DNA from: Flavobacteriales bacterium
Lineage (GTDB): Bacteria; Bacteroidota; Bacteroidia; Flavobacteriales_F; PHOS-HE28
Assembly: GCA_023957375.1 (NCBI GenBank)
Contig: JAMLHB010000003.1
Coordinates: 5,830-69,829, forward strand
Direction of reading: 5' to 3'
Length of the DNA: 64,000 nucleotides
In this document: piece after piece, positions 17,086 to 26,240 of the stretch
Position numbering within the stretch: position 1 is the first letter of the stretch
How the letters are laid out: every line of letters starts with the position of its first letter
Translations under genes and position numbers: made by a program
Notes under the pieces: generated by a model
Seen by the model: only the letters and a program-made list of their open reading frames with translations
What the model was told of the DNA's origin: nothing
The model's database searches: none

Positions 17086-19077
17086 ATGCGAAATCTTTGG
17101 TTATGCCTCCTGCTTGCACCCTTGCCTGCCATCGCCCAGGAATTTGCGCTAATGCCATGGCCCGCGCAAGTGGAACACCGGACCGGCCAGCTCACGTTCA
17201 GCGCCCCGTTGCAACCGCGGGTGGACGGGCCGGCAAGTGAACGCACCACCCGGGGATTGGAACGCTGGTCCATGCGACTGGCGGAAAAGGCCGGGCCCGC
17301 CGCCATGGGCGACAGCCGGAACGGAATGCCGGTGCTCATCCGTTACGAACGCGTGGCCGACTTGCGCACCCCGGACGTGGACGGCAGCTACGCACTGGCG
17401 ATAGACAGCACGGGAATCACTGTACAAGCCCCTACGGACATCGGTGTGCTGCACGCACTGGCCACCCTGTACCAATGTTTCCGCAGGGATGACGCGGGCT
17501 GGGGATTCCCCTCGTTGCGCATCACCGATGACCCGCGCTTCACCTGGCGCGGCCTGCTGATCGATCCCTGCCGCCACTTCATGCCCTTGGATGTGATCCT
17601 GCGCCAACTGGACGGCATGGAGCTGGTGAAGATGAACGTGCTGCATCTGCACCTCACCGAGGACCAAGGCTTCCGCATCGAAAGCAAACTGCTGCCGGAA
17701 CTCCACGAAAAAGGCAGCAACGGCCAGTACCTCAGCCAGGAAGACATCCGCAAGATCATCCGCGAAGCGGACCTGCGCGGCATCCGCGTGGTGCCCGAGT
17801 TCGACCTGCCCGGCCACGCCACCAGCTGGTTTGCCAGCCACCCCGAACTGGCCAGCGCGCCCGGCACCTACCAGCCCGACACGCGCTACGGTGTGCTGGA
17901 TGCCGTGTTCGACCCAACCAATGAAGCTACGTACGCCCTGCTGGACCGCTTCCTGGGTGAGATGGCCGCGCTCTTCCCCGACCCGTACTTGCACATCGGC
18001 GGCGATGAGAACAACGGCAAGCAGTGGGATGCCAACCCCGCCATCCAGGCCTTCATGAAAGCCCACAACCTGCCGGACAACCACGCCCTGCAGGCCTATT
18101 TCAACCAGCGGCTTTACGCGATCCTGAAAAAACACGGCAAGCGCATGATGGGCTGGGACGAGATCGGCGATGTGCCGGCGGGAAGCGCCCCTGCCTTGCC
18201 CCAGGATGTCACCATCCAAAGCTGGCGCGGCAAGGAAGGGCTGGTGAGCGCGGCGCATGCCGGGCGGGATGCCATCCTGAGCAACGGCTGGTACATCGAC
18301 CTGTGCCAAAGCGCGGAATTCCACTACCTCAACGACCCGCTCCCCCCGGACAGCCCGCTGAACGCGGAGGAACGCAAGCACGTGCTGGGCGGCGAGGCCA
18401 CCATGTGGGCCGAACTGGTGGACGCCCGCAACGTGGATACGCGGATCTGGCCGCGCGCCGCCGCAGTGGCGGAACGCCTGTGGAGCCCGGCCTCCGTAAA
18501 GGATGTGCCCGACATGTACCGGCGCATGGAGGCTGTCTCCAAACAGCTCGACGCCATCGGCCTGCGGCACAAAAGCGCCCAACTGGAACTGCTGCGCCTG
18601 ATGGCCGGCAGCGATGACGTGGCCGGCTTGAAAGGCTTGGTGGACGTGATGGCGCCCGTGCAGGGCTACAAGCGCCACCAGCTGGCCAAGCACACCACGC
18701 ACACGCCCCTCACCGGCTTGGCCGATGCCGCCGTGCCAGACCCCGAAGGCGCCCGCCGGTCCACGGCATTGATCGATGCGTTCATCACCCGGCGGGACGC
18801 CGCAACCGCAGCCGCGCTCAGACCCGTGCTGGAGGCCACCACCAACGCACCTGCCCTGCCCTGCTGCGGCACCGCCGCCGATGCCCGGAAAGTGTTGGTA
18901 AATGCTGCATTGGCGATCATGGACCACCTGCTGAAGAGCACTGCACCGGATGCCGGAGCTTGTAAAACGTTCCAGCTTGCCTTGGACCGGGCACAAAGCC
19001 CCATCCTGGAAGCGGAATTCGCAGACCTGCCCGCCTTCCAGCGGCTCTTCGCGGCGGCCTGCACCCCGGCAAAATGA
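17086..19077 (+). CDS. Beta-N-acetylhexosaminidase (GH20), secreted
   Basis: Signal peptide. GH20 motifs LLIDPCRHF, LHLHLTEDQGFRIE, HIGGDE and W..E. Confidence 0.85.
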   Translation: MRNLWLCLLLAPLPAIAQEFALMPWPAQVEHRTGQLTFSAPLQPRVDGPASERTTRGLERWSMRLAEKAGPAAMGDSRNGMPVLIRYERVADLRTPDVDGSYALAIDSTGITVQAPTDIGVLHALATLYQCFRRDDAGWGFPSLRITDDPRFTWRGLLIDPCRHFMPLDVILRQLDGMELVKMNVLHLHLTEDQGFRIESKLLPELHEKGSNGQYLSQEDIRKIIREADLRGIRVVPEFDLPGHATSWFASHPELASAPGTYQPDTRYGVLDAVFDPTNEATYALLDRFLGEMAALFPDPYLHIGGDENNGKQWDANPAIQAFMKAHNLPDNHALQAYFNQRLYAILKKHGKRMMGWDEIGDVPAGSAPALPQDVTIQSWRGKEGLVSAAHAGRDAILSNGWYIDLCQSAEFHYLNDPLPPDSPLNAEERKHVLGGEATMWAELVDARNVDTRIWPRAAAVAERLWSPASVKDVPDMYRRMEAVSKQLDAIGLRHKSAQLELLRLMAGSDDVAGLKGLVDVMAPVQGYKRHQLAKHTTHTPLTGLADAAVPDPEGARRSTALIDAFITRRDAATAAALRPVLEATTNAPALPCCGTAADARKVLVNAALAIMDHLLKSTAPDAGACKTFQLALDRAQSPILEAEFADLPAFQRLFAAACTPAK

Positions 19078-19137
19078 CCCCGGCACCCGGTAGCCACCGG
19101 GCGGTGCGCTATCTTCGCTGTCCCAACCACCCATACC

Positions 19138-19587
19138 ATGAGCGGCGTGAACAAAGTGATCTTGATCGGCAACCTTGGCGCCGACCCCGAAGTGCGCCAC
19201 CTGCAGAACGATGTTACCGTGGCCAACTTCAACTTGGCCACCAGCGAAACCTTCAGGGACCGCCAAACGGGTGAAAAACGCGAGCAGACCGAGTGGCACC
19301 GCGTGGTGGTCTGGCGTGGTTTGGCCGAAGTGGTGGAGAAGTATGTGCGGAAGGGCAGCAAAGTGTATGTGGAAGGAAAGCTGCGCACCCGGAAATGGGA
19401 AAAGGACGGGATCGAGCGCTATACCACCGAAGTGCAAGCGGACAACCTGACCATGCTGGACAAGCCTGTAGGCAGCGCCGATGCTACCCAGCAAGCCTCC
19501 GCGCGCCCGCAGGCCCAACCTGCGGCACCCGTGCCCGAGCCGGCCATGGAGCCGCCCAGTGGAGAAGTAGACGACCTGCCCTTCTGA
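19138..19587 (+). CDS. ssb: Single-stranded DNA-binding protein
   Basis: OB-fold N-terminus [22 protein letters not shown]...EWHRVVVW, a Pro/Gln-rich linker, and the acidic tail DDLPF. Confidence 0.9.
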   Translation: MSGVNKVILIGNLGADPEVRHLQNDVTVANFNLATSETFRDRQTGEKREQTEWHRVVVWRGLAEVVEKYVRKGSKVYVEGKLRTRKWEKDGIERYTTEVQADNLTMLDKPVGSADATQQASARPQAQPAAPVPEPAMEPPSGEVDDLPF

Positions 19588-19682
19588 GCTTTGGACCGAA
19601 GTAGCCGACATCTTGGGCCGTGGGTGCCTGCCTTACAGGTTGGCCTTCCCCCCACGGCCGATCCCCACCAGCCAGCTGCCTG

Positions 19683-20966
19683 ATGGGAAGTTTCGACCCA
19701 ACGGTGTGGGCCGCATGCGGCGGGATCATGGTCCTGCTGCTGCTGTCCGCCATGACCTCCGCCAGCGAAGTGGCGCTATTCTCCCTGAACGCCACCCACC
19801 TGCGCGACCTCAAGGAACGCGGCGGGCCCAGCGGAGGGCGGGTATTGGAACTGCTGGCCCAGCCACGCCGCCTGTTGGCCACCATCTTGGTGACGAACAA
19901 CTTCGCCAACGTGGGCATCACCGTGCTCTCCACCGTCCTGGTGGCCCGCATGATCAACCTGCTCTCCTTAAGTGCCCAGTGGGTCTTCCTGCTGCAAGTG
20001 GTGGCCGTTACCGCCCTGATCCTCCTGCTCGGCGAGGTGCTGCCCAAGGTGTACGCCACCAGCCACCCCATGCGGGTGGCCCAGTTCTTCAGTGCACCGG
20101 TGCTGCTCATGCGGTCCTTCTGGACCCCGGTCACCAAACCGCTGATGGGTTCCACCGCCTTCATTGAGAAACGCTACAGAAAACGGTCCACGGAGGTGGA
20201 TGCGGACACGCTGGGCCACGCCTTGGAGCTCACCAACGACGCCAGCACCACCGAAGAAGAGCAGCGCATCCTCAAAGGCATCGTCAAGTTCGGCAACATC
20301 GAGGCACGCCAAGTGATGCGGCCCCGCACCGAGGTGACCGCCTTCAGCAAGGACATCTCCTTCAAGGAACTGCTGGAGGCCATCGTTGGCAGCGGATTCT
20401 CGCGCGTGCCGGTGTATGAAGACACCATGGACCGCGTGGTGGGCGTGCTGTACATCAAGGATGTGCTGCCCCACATCGACGCAGCGGACTACGAATGGAA
20501 CACCCTGCTCCGCCCCGCCTTGTTCGTGCCCGAAAACAAGAAGTTGGACGAGCTGCTCCAGGAATTCCAGCGCAAGCATGTGCACTTGGCCGTGGTGGTG
20601 GACGAGTACGGAGGCACCTGCGGCATCATTACCTTGGAAGACGTGATCGAGGAGATCGTGGGAGACATCACGGACGAGTATGACGACGTGGACCTGATCT
20701 ACAGCAAACTGGACGACCACACATACGTGTTCGAGGGGCGCGCGCCGCTCACCGACATGTACCGCATCTTAGGCATCGATGGCAAGCTTTTCGAGGAACA
20801 CAAGGGCGAAAGCGAAACCCTGGGAGGGTTCGTACTGGAGCTCACCGGACGCATTCCGCAGAAAGGCGAGCGCGTGACCCTGCACAATTTCGACTTCACC
20901 GTGGAAAGCGCCGACAACAAGCGCGTGCGCCGCGTGAAGGTCCATTTCAGGAATGAAGGAGCCTAA
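19683..20966 (+). CDS. gldE: Gliding motility protein GldE (CNNM/CorC-HlyC family: DUF21 TM domain + CBS pair + CorC_HlyC)
   Basis: Four-TM DUF21 region, CBS pair, and C-terminal CorC_HlyC. It sits immediately upstream of gldD, as in Flavobacteria. Confidence 0.75.
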   Translation: MGSFDPTVWAACGGIMVLLLLSAMTSASEVALFSLNATHLRDLKERGGPSGGRVLELLAQPRRLLATILVTNNFANVGITVLSTVLVARMINLLSLSAQWVFLLQVVAVTALILLLGEVLPKVYATSHPMRVAQFFSAPVLLMRSFWTPVTKPLMGSTAFIEKRYRKRSTEVDADTLGHALELTNDASTTEEEQRILKGIVKFGNIEARQVMRPRTEVTAFSKDISFKELLEAIVGSGFSRVPVYEDTMDRVVGVLYIKDVLPHIDAADYEWNTLLRPALFVPENKKLDELLQEFQRKHVHLAVVVDEYGGTCGIITLEDVIEEIVGDITDEYDDVDLIYSKLDDHTYVFEGRAPLTDMYRILGIDGKLFEEHKGESETLGGFVLELTGRIPQKGERVTLHNFDFTVESADNKRVRRVKVHFRNEGA

Positions 20967-21006
20967 GGAATTGGCAGGTGGCAGGCGGCAGGCGGCAGCC
21001 CGGAGC

Positions 21007-21660
21007 ATGCGCGCACTACTGCCCGCTGCCACCCGCCTACTACCCGCTGCTCTCTGCCTACTGCTCCTGCAAATGCTCCTGGCCAACTGCACCAGCGACC
21101 CCATTCCCAAGCCGCACGGCTACTTCCGCATCGACCTGCCACCCGACAGCGCCCACCATGCCGCTGCGCCATGCCCGTTTGCCGCCACCATTCCCAGCTA
21201 TGCCCGCTTGACCACCGGCACGGGGCCAGGCCAAGTAGCAGGCATGGGCACAACTTGTTGGGCGGACCTCGTTTTCCCGGGGCAACGCGCCGTGGTGCAC
21301 ATGACCTGGCGCCGCATTCAGAACGACCTGCCCGAGCTGGTCCATGATGCGCATGAGTTCAAGGAGAAGCACCAGGCCATGGCCAGCCGGATCCGTACCG
21401 AGGAGGTCCTGCGCGACAGTGCCCGCGTCTTCGGCACCCTGTTCGACGTGGAAGGCAACGTGGCCAGCCCGCTGGTGTTCTACCTCACGGACAGCACCAG
21501 TAACTTCCTTTACGGTGCGCTCTATTTCGACGTGCGGCCAAACGCCGATTCACTGGCCCCGGTGACCGGCCGCATCCGCAGCGACATCCGGCGCATGGCC
21601 GCCACCCTGCAGTGGAACGGGCCTGCCGGTGCGGTGGAGCACATTGATCAGCGCCGTTAG
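21007..21660 (+). CDS. gldD: Gliding motility lipoprotein GldD
   Basis: Lipoprotein signal ...LLANC followed by TSDPIPKPHGYFRIDLP, characteristic of GldD. Located downstream of gldE. Confidence 0.65.
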   Translation: MRALLPAATRLLPAALCLLLLQMLLANCTSDPIPKPHGYFRIDLPPDSAHHAAAPCPFAATIPSYARLTTGTGPGQVAGMGTTCWADLVFPGQRAVVHMTWRRIQNDLPELVHDAHEFKEKHQAMASRIRTEEVLRDSARVFGTLFDVEGNVASPLVFYLTDSTSNFLYGALYFDVRPNADSLAPVTGRIRSDIRRMAATLQWNGPAGAVEHIDQRR

Positions 21661-22638
21661 CAGCAGTACGGCCCCGAACTGGTGCAGGACGCCCGCCGAG
21701 ACCCAGACCCGCGTCAGCACCGCGAACACGCCCAAGGTCATTTGCAGGAACACCGCGCCGAACAACCAGCGGTCGCCGCCGTGAAGCGACGCGTTCTTCC
21801 GGTTGGCGTAGCCGAACCAAGTGATCGCCGCGGCCACCACCCAGGCGAAATTGCGGTGGATGAAATGGACCGCCACCTGGTTATGGGTCAGGTTCTTCCA
21901 CAGGCTGTCGTATGCGAACACGGCCTTGGGCATGAACTCGTCGTTCATCATGGGCCACGTGTTGGAGACGGGCCCGGCATGCAGCCCGGCCACGAAGGCC
22001 CCGTACACGATCTGCACCAGCACCAGTACCAGCAACCAACGCGACCATTTGCCCGCAGGGGTGCCATCGCTCCGGAAACCATGCCGTTCCTGCTTGACGT
22101 CGAACACCGTCCACAGCACCACGCAGTAGATGGTGAACGCCGCCACCAAGTGGATCGCTAAGCGGTAGTGGCTTACGCTGCTCAGTTCCTCCAGCCCACT
22201 GGCCACCATGAACCAGCCCAGGGCGCCCACCAGCCCGCCCCCGACAAGGATCCAAATGCCGCGCACCATCAACCAGCCCTTCAGCATGCCCTTGCGCATG
22301 AACCACAGGAACGGCACGATGAACACGATGCCCATCAACCGGCCCCAATTGCGGTGGATGTATTCCCAGAAAAAGATCTGCTTGAACTCCCCCAGCTCCA
22401 TCCCGCTGTTCACTTCCCTGTACTGGGGGATCTGCTGGTACTTTTCAAAAGCCTCGTGCCATTGGGCCTCGTTCATCGGCGGCAGGGCGCCCATGATCGG
22501 CTTCCATTCGGTGATGCTGAGGCCGCTGCCGGTGAGCCGCGTGATCCCGCCTATCGTCACCATCATGGCGATCATCACGCAGCCGGTGATCAGCCAGGCC
22601 ACCACGGGTTTCAGGGATCGATCATTCACAGTGGACAT
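21550..22638 (-). CDS. ctaA: Heme A synthase (CtaA/COX15 family). The 3' end overlaps gldD convergently by ~110 nt, so the C-terminal extent is uncertain.
   Basis: Multi-TM protein with conserved His residues in the COX15-like pattern (WHEAFEKYQQIPQY, HRNWG, HLVAAFTIYC). Confidence 0.7.
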   Translation of the reverse strand: MSTVNDRSLKPVVAWLITGCVMIAMMVTIGGITRLTGSGLSITEWKPIMGALPPMNEAQWHEAFEKYQQIPQYREVNSGMELGEFKQIFFWEYIHRNWGRLMGIVFIVPFLWFMRKGMLKGWLMVRGIWILVGGGLVGALGWFMVASGLEELSSVSHYRLAIHLVAAFTIYCVVLWTVFDVKQERHGFRSDGTPAGKWSRWLLVLVLVQIVYGAFVAGLHAGPVSNTWPMMNDEFMPKAVFAYDSLWKNLTHNQVAVHFIHRNFAWVVAAAITWFGYANRKNASLHGGDRWLFGAVFLQMTLGVFAVLTRVWVSAGVLHQFGAVLLLTALINVLHRTGRPVPLQGGGHAPDVAADAAGHRGQ

Positions 22639-22660
22639 GGGGCGCGAAAGTACGGGCGGC

Positions 22661-22735
22661 GGTTGTCAGTTGCCCGTTGTCAGTGGATGTCATCTACAAG
22701 TGACAACAGGAAACTCGGACCTGACAACTATGAAC
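22661..22735. repeat. Heptamer repeat array with inverted partner (GTTGTCA ... TGACAAC)
   Basis: ggttgtcagttgcccgttgtcag ... tgacaacagg...ctgacaac, between ctaA and pyrC. Confidence 0.6.
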
Positions 22736-22748
22736 TGATACCTGCCAC

Positions 22749-24026
22749 CTACGAACCATGTCCCCACCGCATCTGCCCGTTCGCCACAATACCCATGGCC
22801 TTGCCCGTGAAGCGGTGGCCAAGGAAAGGCGTGTTGTGTGAGCGGCTGACGATGTCCGAATTAGAGAACTGCCATTGATGCGCCGGTGCAAAAAGCGTTA
22901 ACTCGGCCATTTCACCTTCGGCGATGTGCGGCACGGGCAGGCCCAACACGGCCCGCGGACCATGGCAAAAGCGTTCCACGATGCGGCGGCCAGTCATGCG
23001 CCCCTGCAAGGCGGTGTTGGCCACGGCATAGGCGGTTTCCAGTCCGATGATGCCGAAGGCAGCGTGGCCGAACTCCAGCTTTTTGTGCTCCACATCCTCC
23101 GGCCGGTGGTCGCTGACGATGCTGTCGATGGTGCCGTCCTTCACGCCTTCGCGCAGGGCTTCGATGTGCTCCGGGCTGCGGAAGGGCGGCATCACCTTGT
23201 AATGGCTGTCGAAGCCGCGCAGCACGCCGTCGTCCAACAGCAGGTGGTGGGCACAAACGCTGGCCGTAACGCGCAGTTTGCGCGCCTTGGCCTCCCTGAT
23301 CAACGCCACGCCTTCGGCAGTGCTCACCGCTTCCACGTGCAGACGCGAACCCGTGTACTCCAGCAACTGCAGGTCGCGGGCCAGGCGGACGGGCTCGGCC
23401 ATGGCAGGCATGCCCCGCAGGCCCAAGCGCGTGCTCATCACGCCTTCATGCATCTGCCCATCCCGCATGAGGTCGGGGTCTTGCGGCATGGCCATGACCA
23501 GGCCATTGAAGTTGTGCGCGTACTGCAGGGCCAACAGCATCAGGCGGGCATTGCGCACCGGGTGCAGATCGTCGGTGAAGCCCACCGCGCCAGCCTGCTG
23601 CATGTCGTACAGTTCGGCCAGCTGTTCCCCCTTCCCGCCTTTGGTGAGGGTGCCCAACGGAAGCAGGCGCACCGCGTGGCCCTGGCTCTTGCGCAGCAGA
23701 TATTCCACCGTGGCGCGCTGGTCCACCGGAGGCGAGGTGCCTGGCAGCACGGCCACGGCCGTATAGCCTCCGGCGGCCGCGGCATCCAAGCCGCTCCGCA
23801 CATCCTCCTTGTATTCTTCGCCGGGATCGCAGAAGTGGGCGCGCAGGTCCACCCATCCGGGCGAGGCGTGCAGGCCTTCCACCGCGATCACTTCGGCATC
23901 GCCCTTGGGCAACTTGGCCCCGGCCCTCAATAGGCGGCCTTCGGAAAAGTGCAGGTCGGCCACCGTATCGTGCAGCGGCCCACCGGGATCGGTGATCGCC
24001 ACTTGGCGGAAGAGCAGGTCGTTCAT
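22749..24026 (-). CDS. pyrC: Dihydroorotase
   Basis: MNDLLFRQVAI...GWVDLRAHFCDPGEEYKEDV amidohydrolase signature. ATGA overlap with the upstream gene at 24023-24026. Confidence 0.8.
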   Translation of the reverse strand: MNDLLFRQVAITDPGGPLHDTVADLHFSEGRLLRAGAKLPKGDAEVIAVEGLHASPGWVDLRAHFCDPGEEYKEDVRSGLDAAAAGGYTAVAVLPGTSPPVDQRATVEYLLRKSQGHAVRLLPLGTLTKGGKGEQLAELYDMQQAGAVGFTDDLHPVRNARLMLLALQYAHNFNGLVMAMPQDPDLMRDGQMHEGVMSTRLGLRGMPAMAEPVRLARDLQLLEYTGSRLHVEAVSTAEGVALIREAKARKLRVTASVCAHHLLLDDGVLRGFDSHYKVMPPFRSPEHIEALREGVKDGTIDSIVSDHRPEDVEHKKLEFGHAAFGIIGLETAYAVANTALQGRMTGRRIVERFCHGPRAVLGLPVPHIAEGEMAELTLFAPAHQWQFSNSDIVSRSHNTPFLGHRFTGKAMGIVANGQMRWGHGS

Positions 24027-26059
24027 CGGCTGGTGCGGATCAAAAGGACCTCCAACATAAGGAACAGGAGCGCCGCCGCAATGAACCACTTCCAAAGCTT
24101 GGTGCCCTGGTCAAGCGATTTCAGATCGGCTGCAAGCTCGTTGCCGGTCTTGTCCAACAGGGTAATGGAGGTGATGCCGTGCTTGGCCAGCTCCTCCTTC
24201 AGTTGCTCCGGCGAATAGGCGCCGAGGTCACCCTCCTTTCGGGGCAAATTGAGCGCGAGGAGGGCGGCCGTATCGCTGCCTGCGGTGAGGGCATAGGTGC
24301 CGGGGGCGATATCCTCATCGTGCAGCACTATGGAGATGCCGCCGAGGGTGCGGCGCACTTCGGGGATCAGGGCCATGCCACCAGCACCCTTCAACTGGGG
24401 TGGTGCCTCCCCCGGAAGGTCCACGCCCTCCAATGTTACCACCGCTTCCCCGCCGATGATGTGGTACAGGGCACCTGCGGGCCTGGCCAGTTCGGCCATG
24501 CGCAACAGGGAAGTGACAAACAAGGCATGGCCACTGAAATTGCCTCCGGCGGCTCCAAGGGGCGCGGCACACAAATAGGCCCTTCCCTTGCCGATGGGCA
24601 CCGCGCTTAGAAAGGCGCTACCGGACTGTAGCCGCAACAGCACCTCCGCCGCCGGGCCCGGCGTGATCGCATAGCGCGTGCGCACCAAGGGCAGGTCCAC
24701 GTTGGCAGGCATGCTGTTGAACACATCGCGGTAGAACGGCGCGCGCAGGTCGATACGCTCCACCCGCATGGCGGCGGTGTCGCGCACGCCCATCCCGGCG
24801 CTAAACTGCGACAACGCTCCCCGATAGGACGGTTCATCCACGCGGTCAGCCGGGAAAATGGCCACACTGCCCCCGCCCTCCGCGAATTCCCGAACCGCGC
24901 CGGCCAGCCCGCTGGACAGGTCCGGCAGGCCATTGAGCACCACCAAGTCCTGCGAGGCCAAGGAGGCCAGGTCCACCTGCCGGTATGGTTGGGTGGAAAA
25001 AGCATAGGCACTATCGCCCCGGAACACCGCCTCGATGTCTTTGTCGCTCGCCGGATCCCCGCCACCCAAGAGCAGGACGTGCAGCTTCCCGGTGGTGCGG
25101 TAAGCGATGTGCATCACGTTGTCGAAGGTGATGGGCCGGTCGTCGATCTCCACCGTGCCGGTATGGAACCCGGGACTGTCGTTGGTGAAATTGAGCACGG
25201 TGTCCACCTGGGCTCCAGGCCCGATACCGAAGGTGGCCATCGCCCGCTGCCGCCCGTCGATGCCAAGTTTGAGCGGCACGTTGTGCAGTGCCAAGCTGCC
25301 GTAGTTCCGTACGCGTACATTCAGTTGTTCCACTTGGCCCATGCGCCGCACTGGATTGCCAAACCATACGGAATCAATGGCCAGGTTGTCCGCACTGGCC
25401 GCTTCCAACGGCACGATCACCGTTTGCACCGCACTGTCGTTGCTCCATTGCTCCACGTCGGTCACCGCCCGCTGCAGGTCCGTGAACAAGAACGCCTTCT
25501 TCACCGGTGCCTCGCTGCGCGCAAGGGCTTCACGCTGCCGCTCCATCACTTGGGAAAGCGGGCGGGAGTACGGCCCCACCTCCACCTGGCCGGCGGCCGC
25601 CAGCGCTTCATCGCGGCCCAGCAGCATCTGCTGTCGGCCTTCGAAGCGGTTGGTGAGCACCTGGAAGCGGTCCGTGGGCTTGTAGGCCATCACCACATCT
25701 TGCGCGTCGGTGCGGGCCTGGTCCAGCAGGCGGCCCGCGCCGTTCTGGCCGTCCATGCTCCAGCTATCGTCCAGATAAAGGCTTACCGCGCGCTGACCGG
25801 CCACCACCGCACCGTTCTTGCTGCGGAAGTACGGCTGCGCAAAGGCCAGTACGATGCTCGCCAAGGCCAACAGCCGCGCGAGTAACACCAACCAGTGGCG
25901 CACTTTCTTGCGTGAGCGCGTCTGCTGCGTCACCTCCTGCAGGAACTGCACGTTGGGGAATTCGATGCGCTTGAAGCGCCGGAGCTGGAAGAGGTGGATG
26001 ATGACCGGGATGGCCAGCGCGGTGAGCGCCCAGAGGAAATTCGGATAGAGGAAGGCCAT
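24023..26059 (-). CDS. BatA-like protein with N-terminal double-TM domain and vWA-like region
   Basis: MAFLYPNFLWALTALAIPVIIHLFQLRRFKRIEFPNVQFL is the typical N-terminal double-transmembrane domain. MIDAS-like DDSWSMDG motif. Confidence 0.6.
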   Translation of the reverse strand: MAFLYPNFLWALTALAIPVIIHLFQLRRFKRIEFPNVQFLQEVTQQTRSRKKVRHWLVLLARLLALASIVLAFAQPYFRSKNGAVVAGQRAVSLYLDDSWSMDGQNGAGRLLDQARTDAQDVVMAYKPTDRFQVLTNRFEGRQQMLLGRDEALAAAGQVEVGPYSRPLSQVMERQREALARSEAPVKKAFLFTDLQRAVTDVEQWSNDSAVQTVIVPLEAASADNLAIDSVWFGNPVRRMGQVEQLNVRVRNYGSLALHNVPLKLGIDGRQRAMATFGIGPGAQVDTVLNFTNDSPGFHTGTVEIDDRPITFDNVMHIAYRTTGKLHVLLLGGGDPASDKDIEAVFRGDSAYAFSTQPYRQVDLASLASQDLVVLNGLPDLSSGLAGAVREFAEGGGSVAIFPADRVDEPSYRGALSQFSAGMGVRDTAAMRVERIDLRAPFYRDVFNSMPANVDLPLVRTRYAITPGPAAEVLLRLQSGSAFLSAVPIGKGRAYLCAAPLGAAGGNFSGHALFVTSLLRMAELARPAGALYHIIGGEAVVTLEGVDLPGEAPPQLKGAGGMALIPEVRRTLGGISIVLHDEDIAPGTYALTAGSDTAALLALNLPRKEGDLGAYSPEQLKEELAKHGITSITLLDKTGNELAADLKSLDQGTKLWKWFIAAALLFLMLEVLLIRTSR

Positions 26060-26108
26060 GCGGGGCGCAAAGGTGGGGATAGTTCCGGGTTCGCAGGGCG
26101 TGGTTCGT

Positions 26109-26232
26109 GGTTGTCAAGGCGTGGTTCGCAGTTGTCAGTTGTCTGTTGTCAGGCTTTCTGCGACCAGCCTCCGACCACTGACAACCGACAACTGACAACT
26201 GACAACCGAAAACTGATCACTGAGAACTGCCC
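26109..26232. repeat. Heptamer repeat array with inverted partner
   Basis: gttgtcaaggcgtggttcgcagttgtcagttgtctgttgtcagg ... ctgacaaccgacaactgacaactgacaaccgaaaactga. Confidence 0.7.
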
Positions 26233-26240
26233 CACCCCTT

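Noticed and set aside
17149-19611. 820-aa ORF on the minus strand
   Set aside because: It is antisense to the GH20 hexosaminidase and ssb genes and has no recognisable motifs. It is a typical long spurious ORF in high-GC DNA, like 11590..12933 (+), 22926..23933 (+), 24989..25885 (+), 27103..28026 (-), 28025..29323 (+), 37767..38924 (+), 46734..47705 (-), 50634..52208 (-) and 58610..60685 (-), which all lie opposite well-supported genes.
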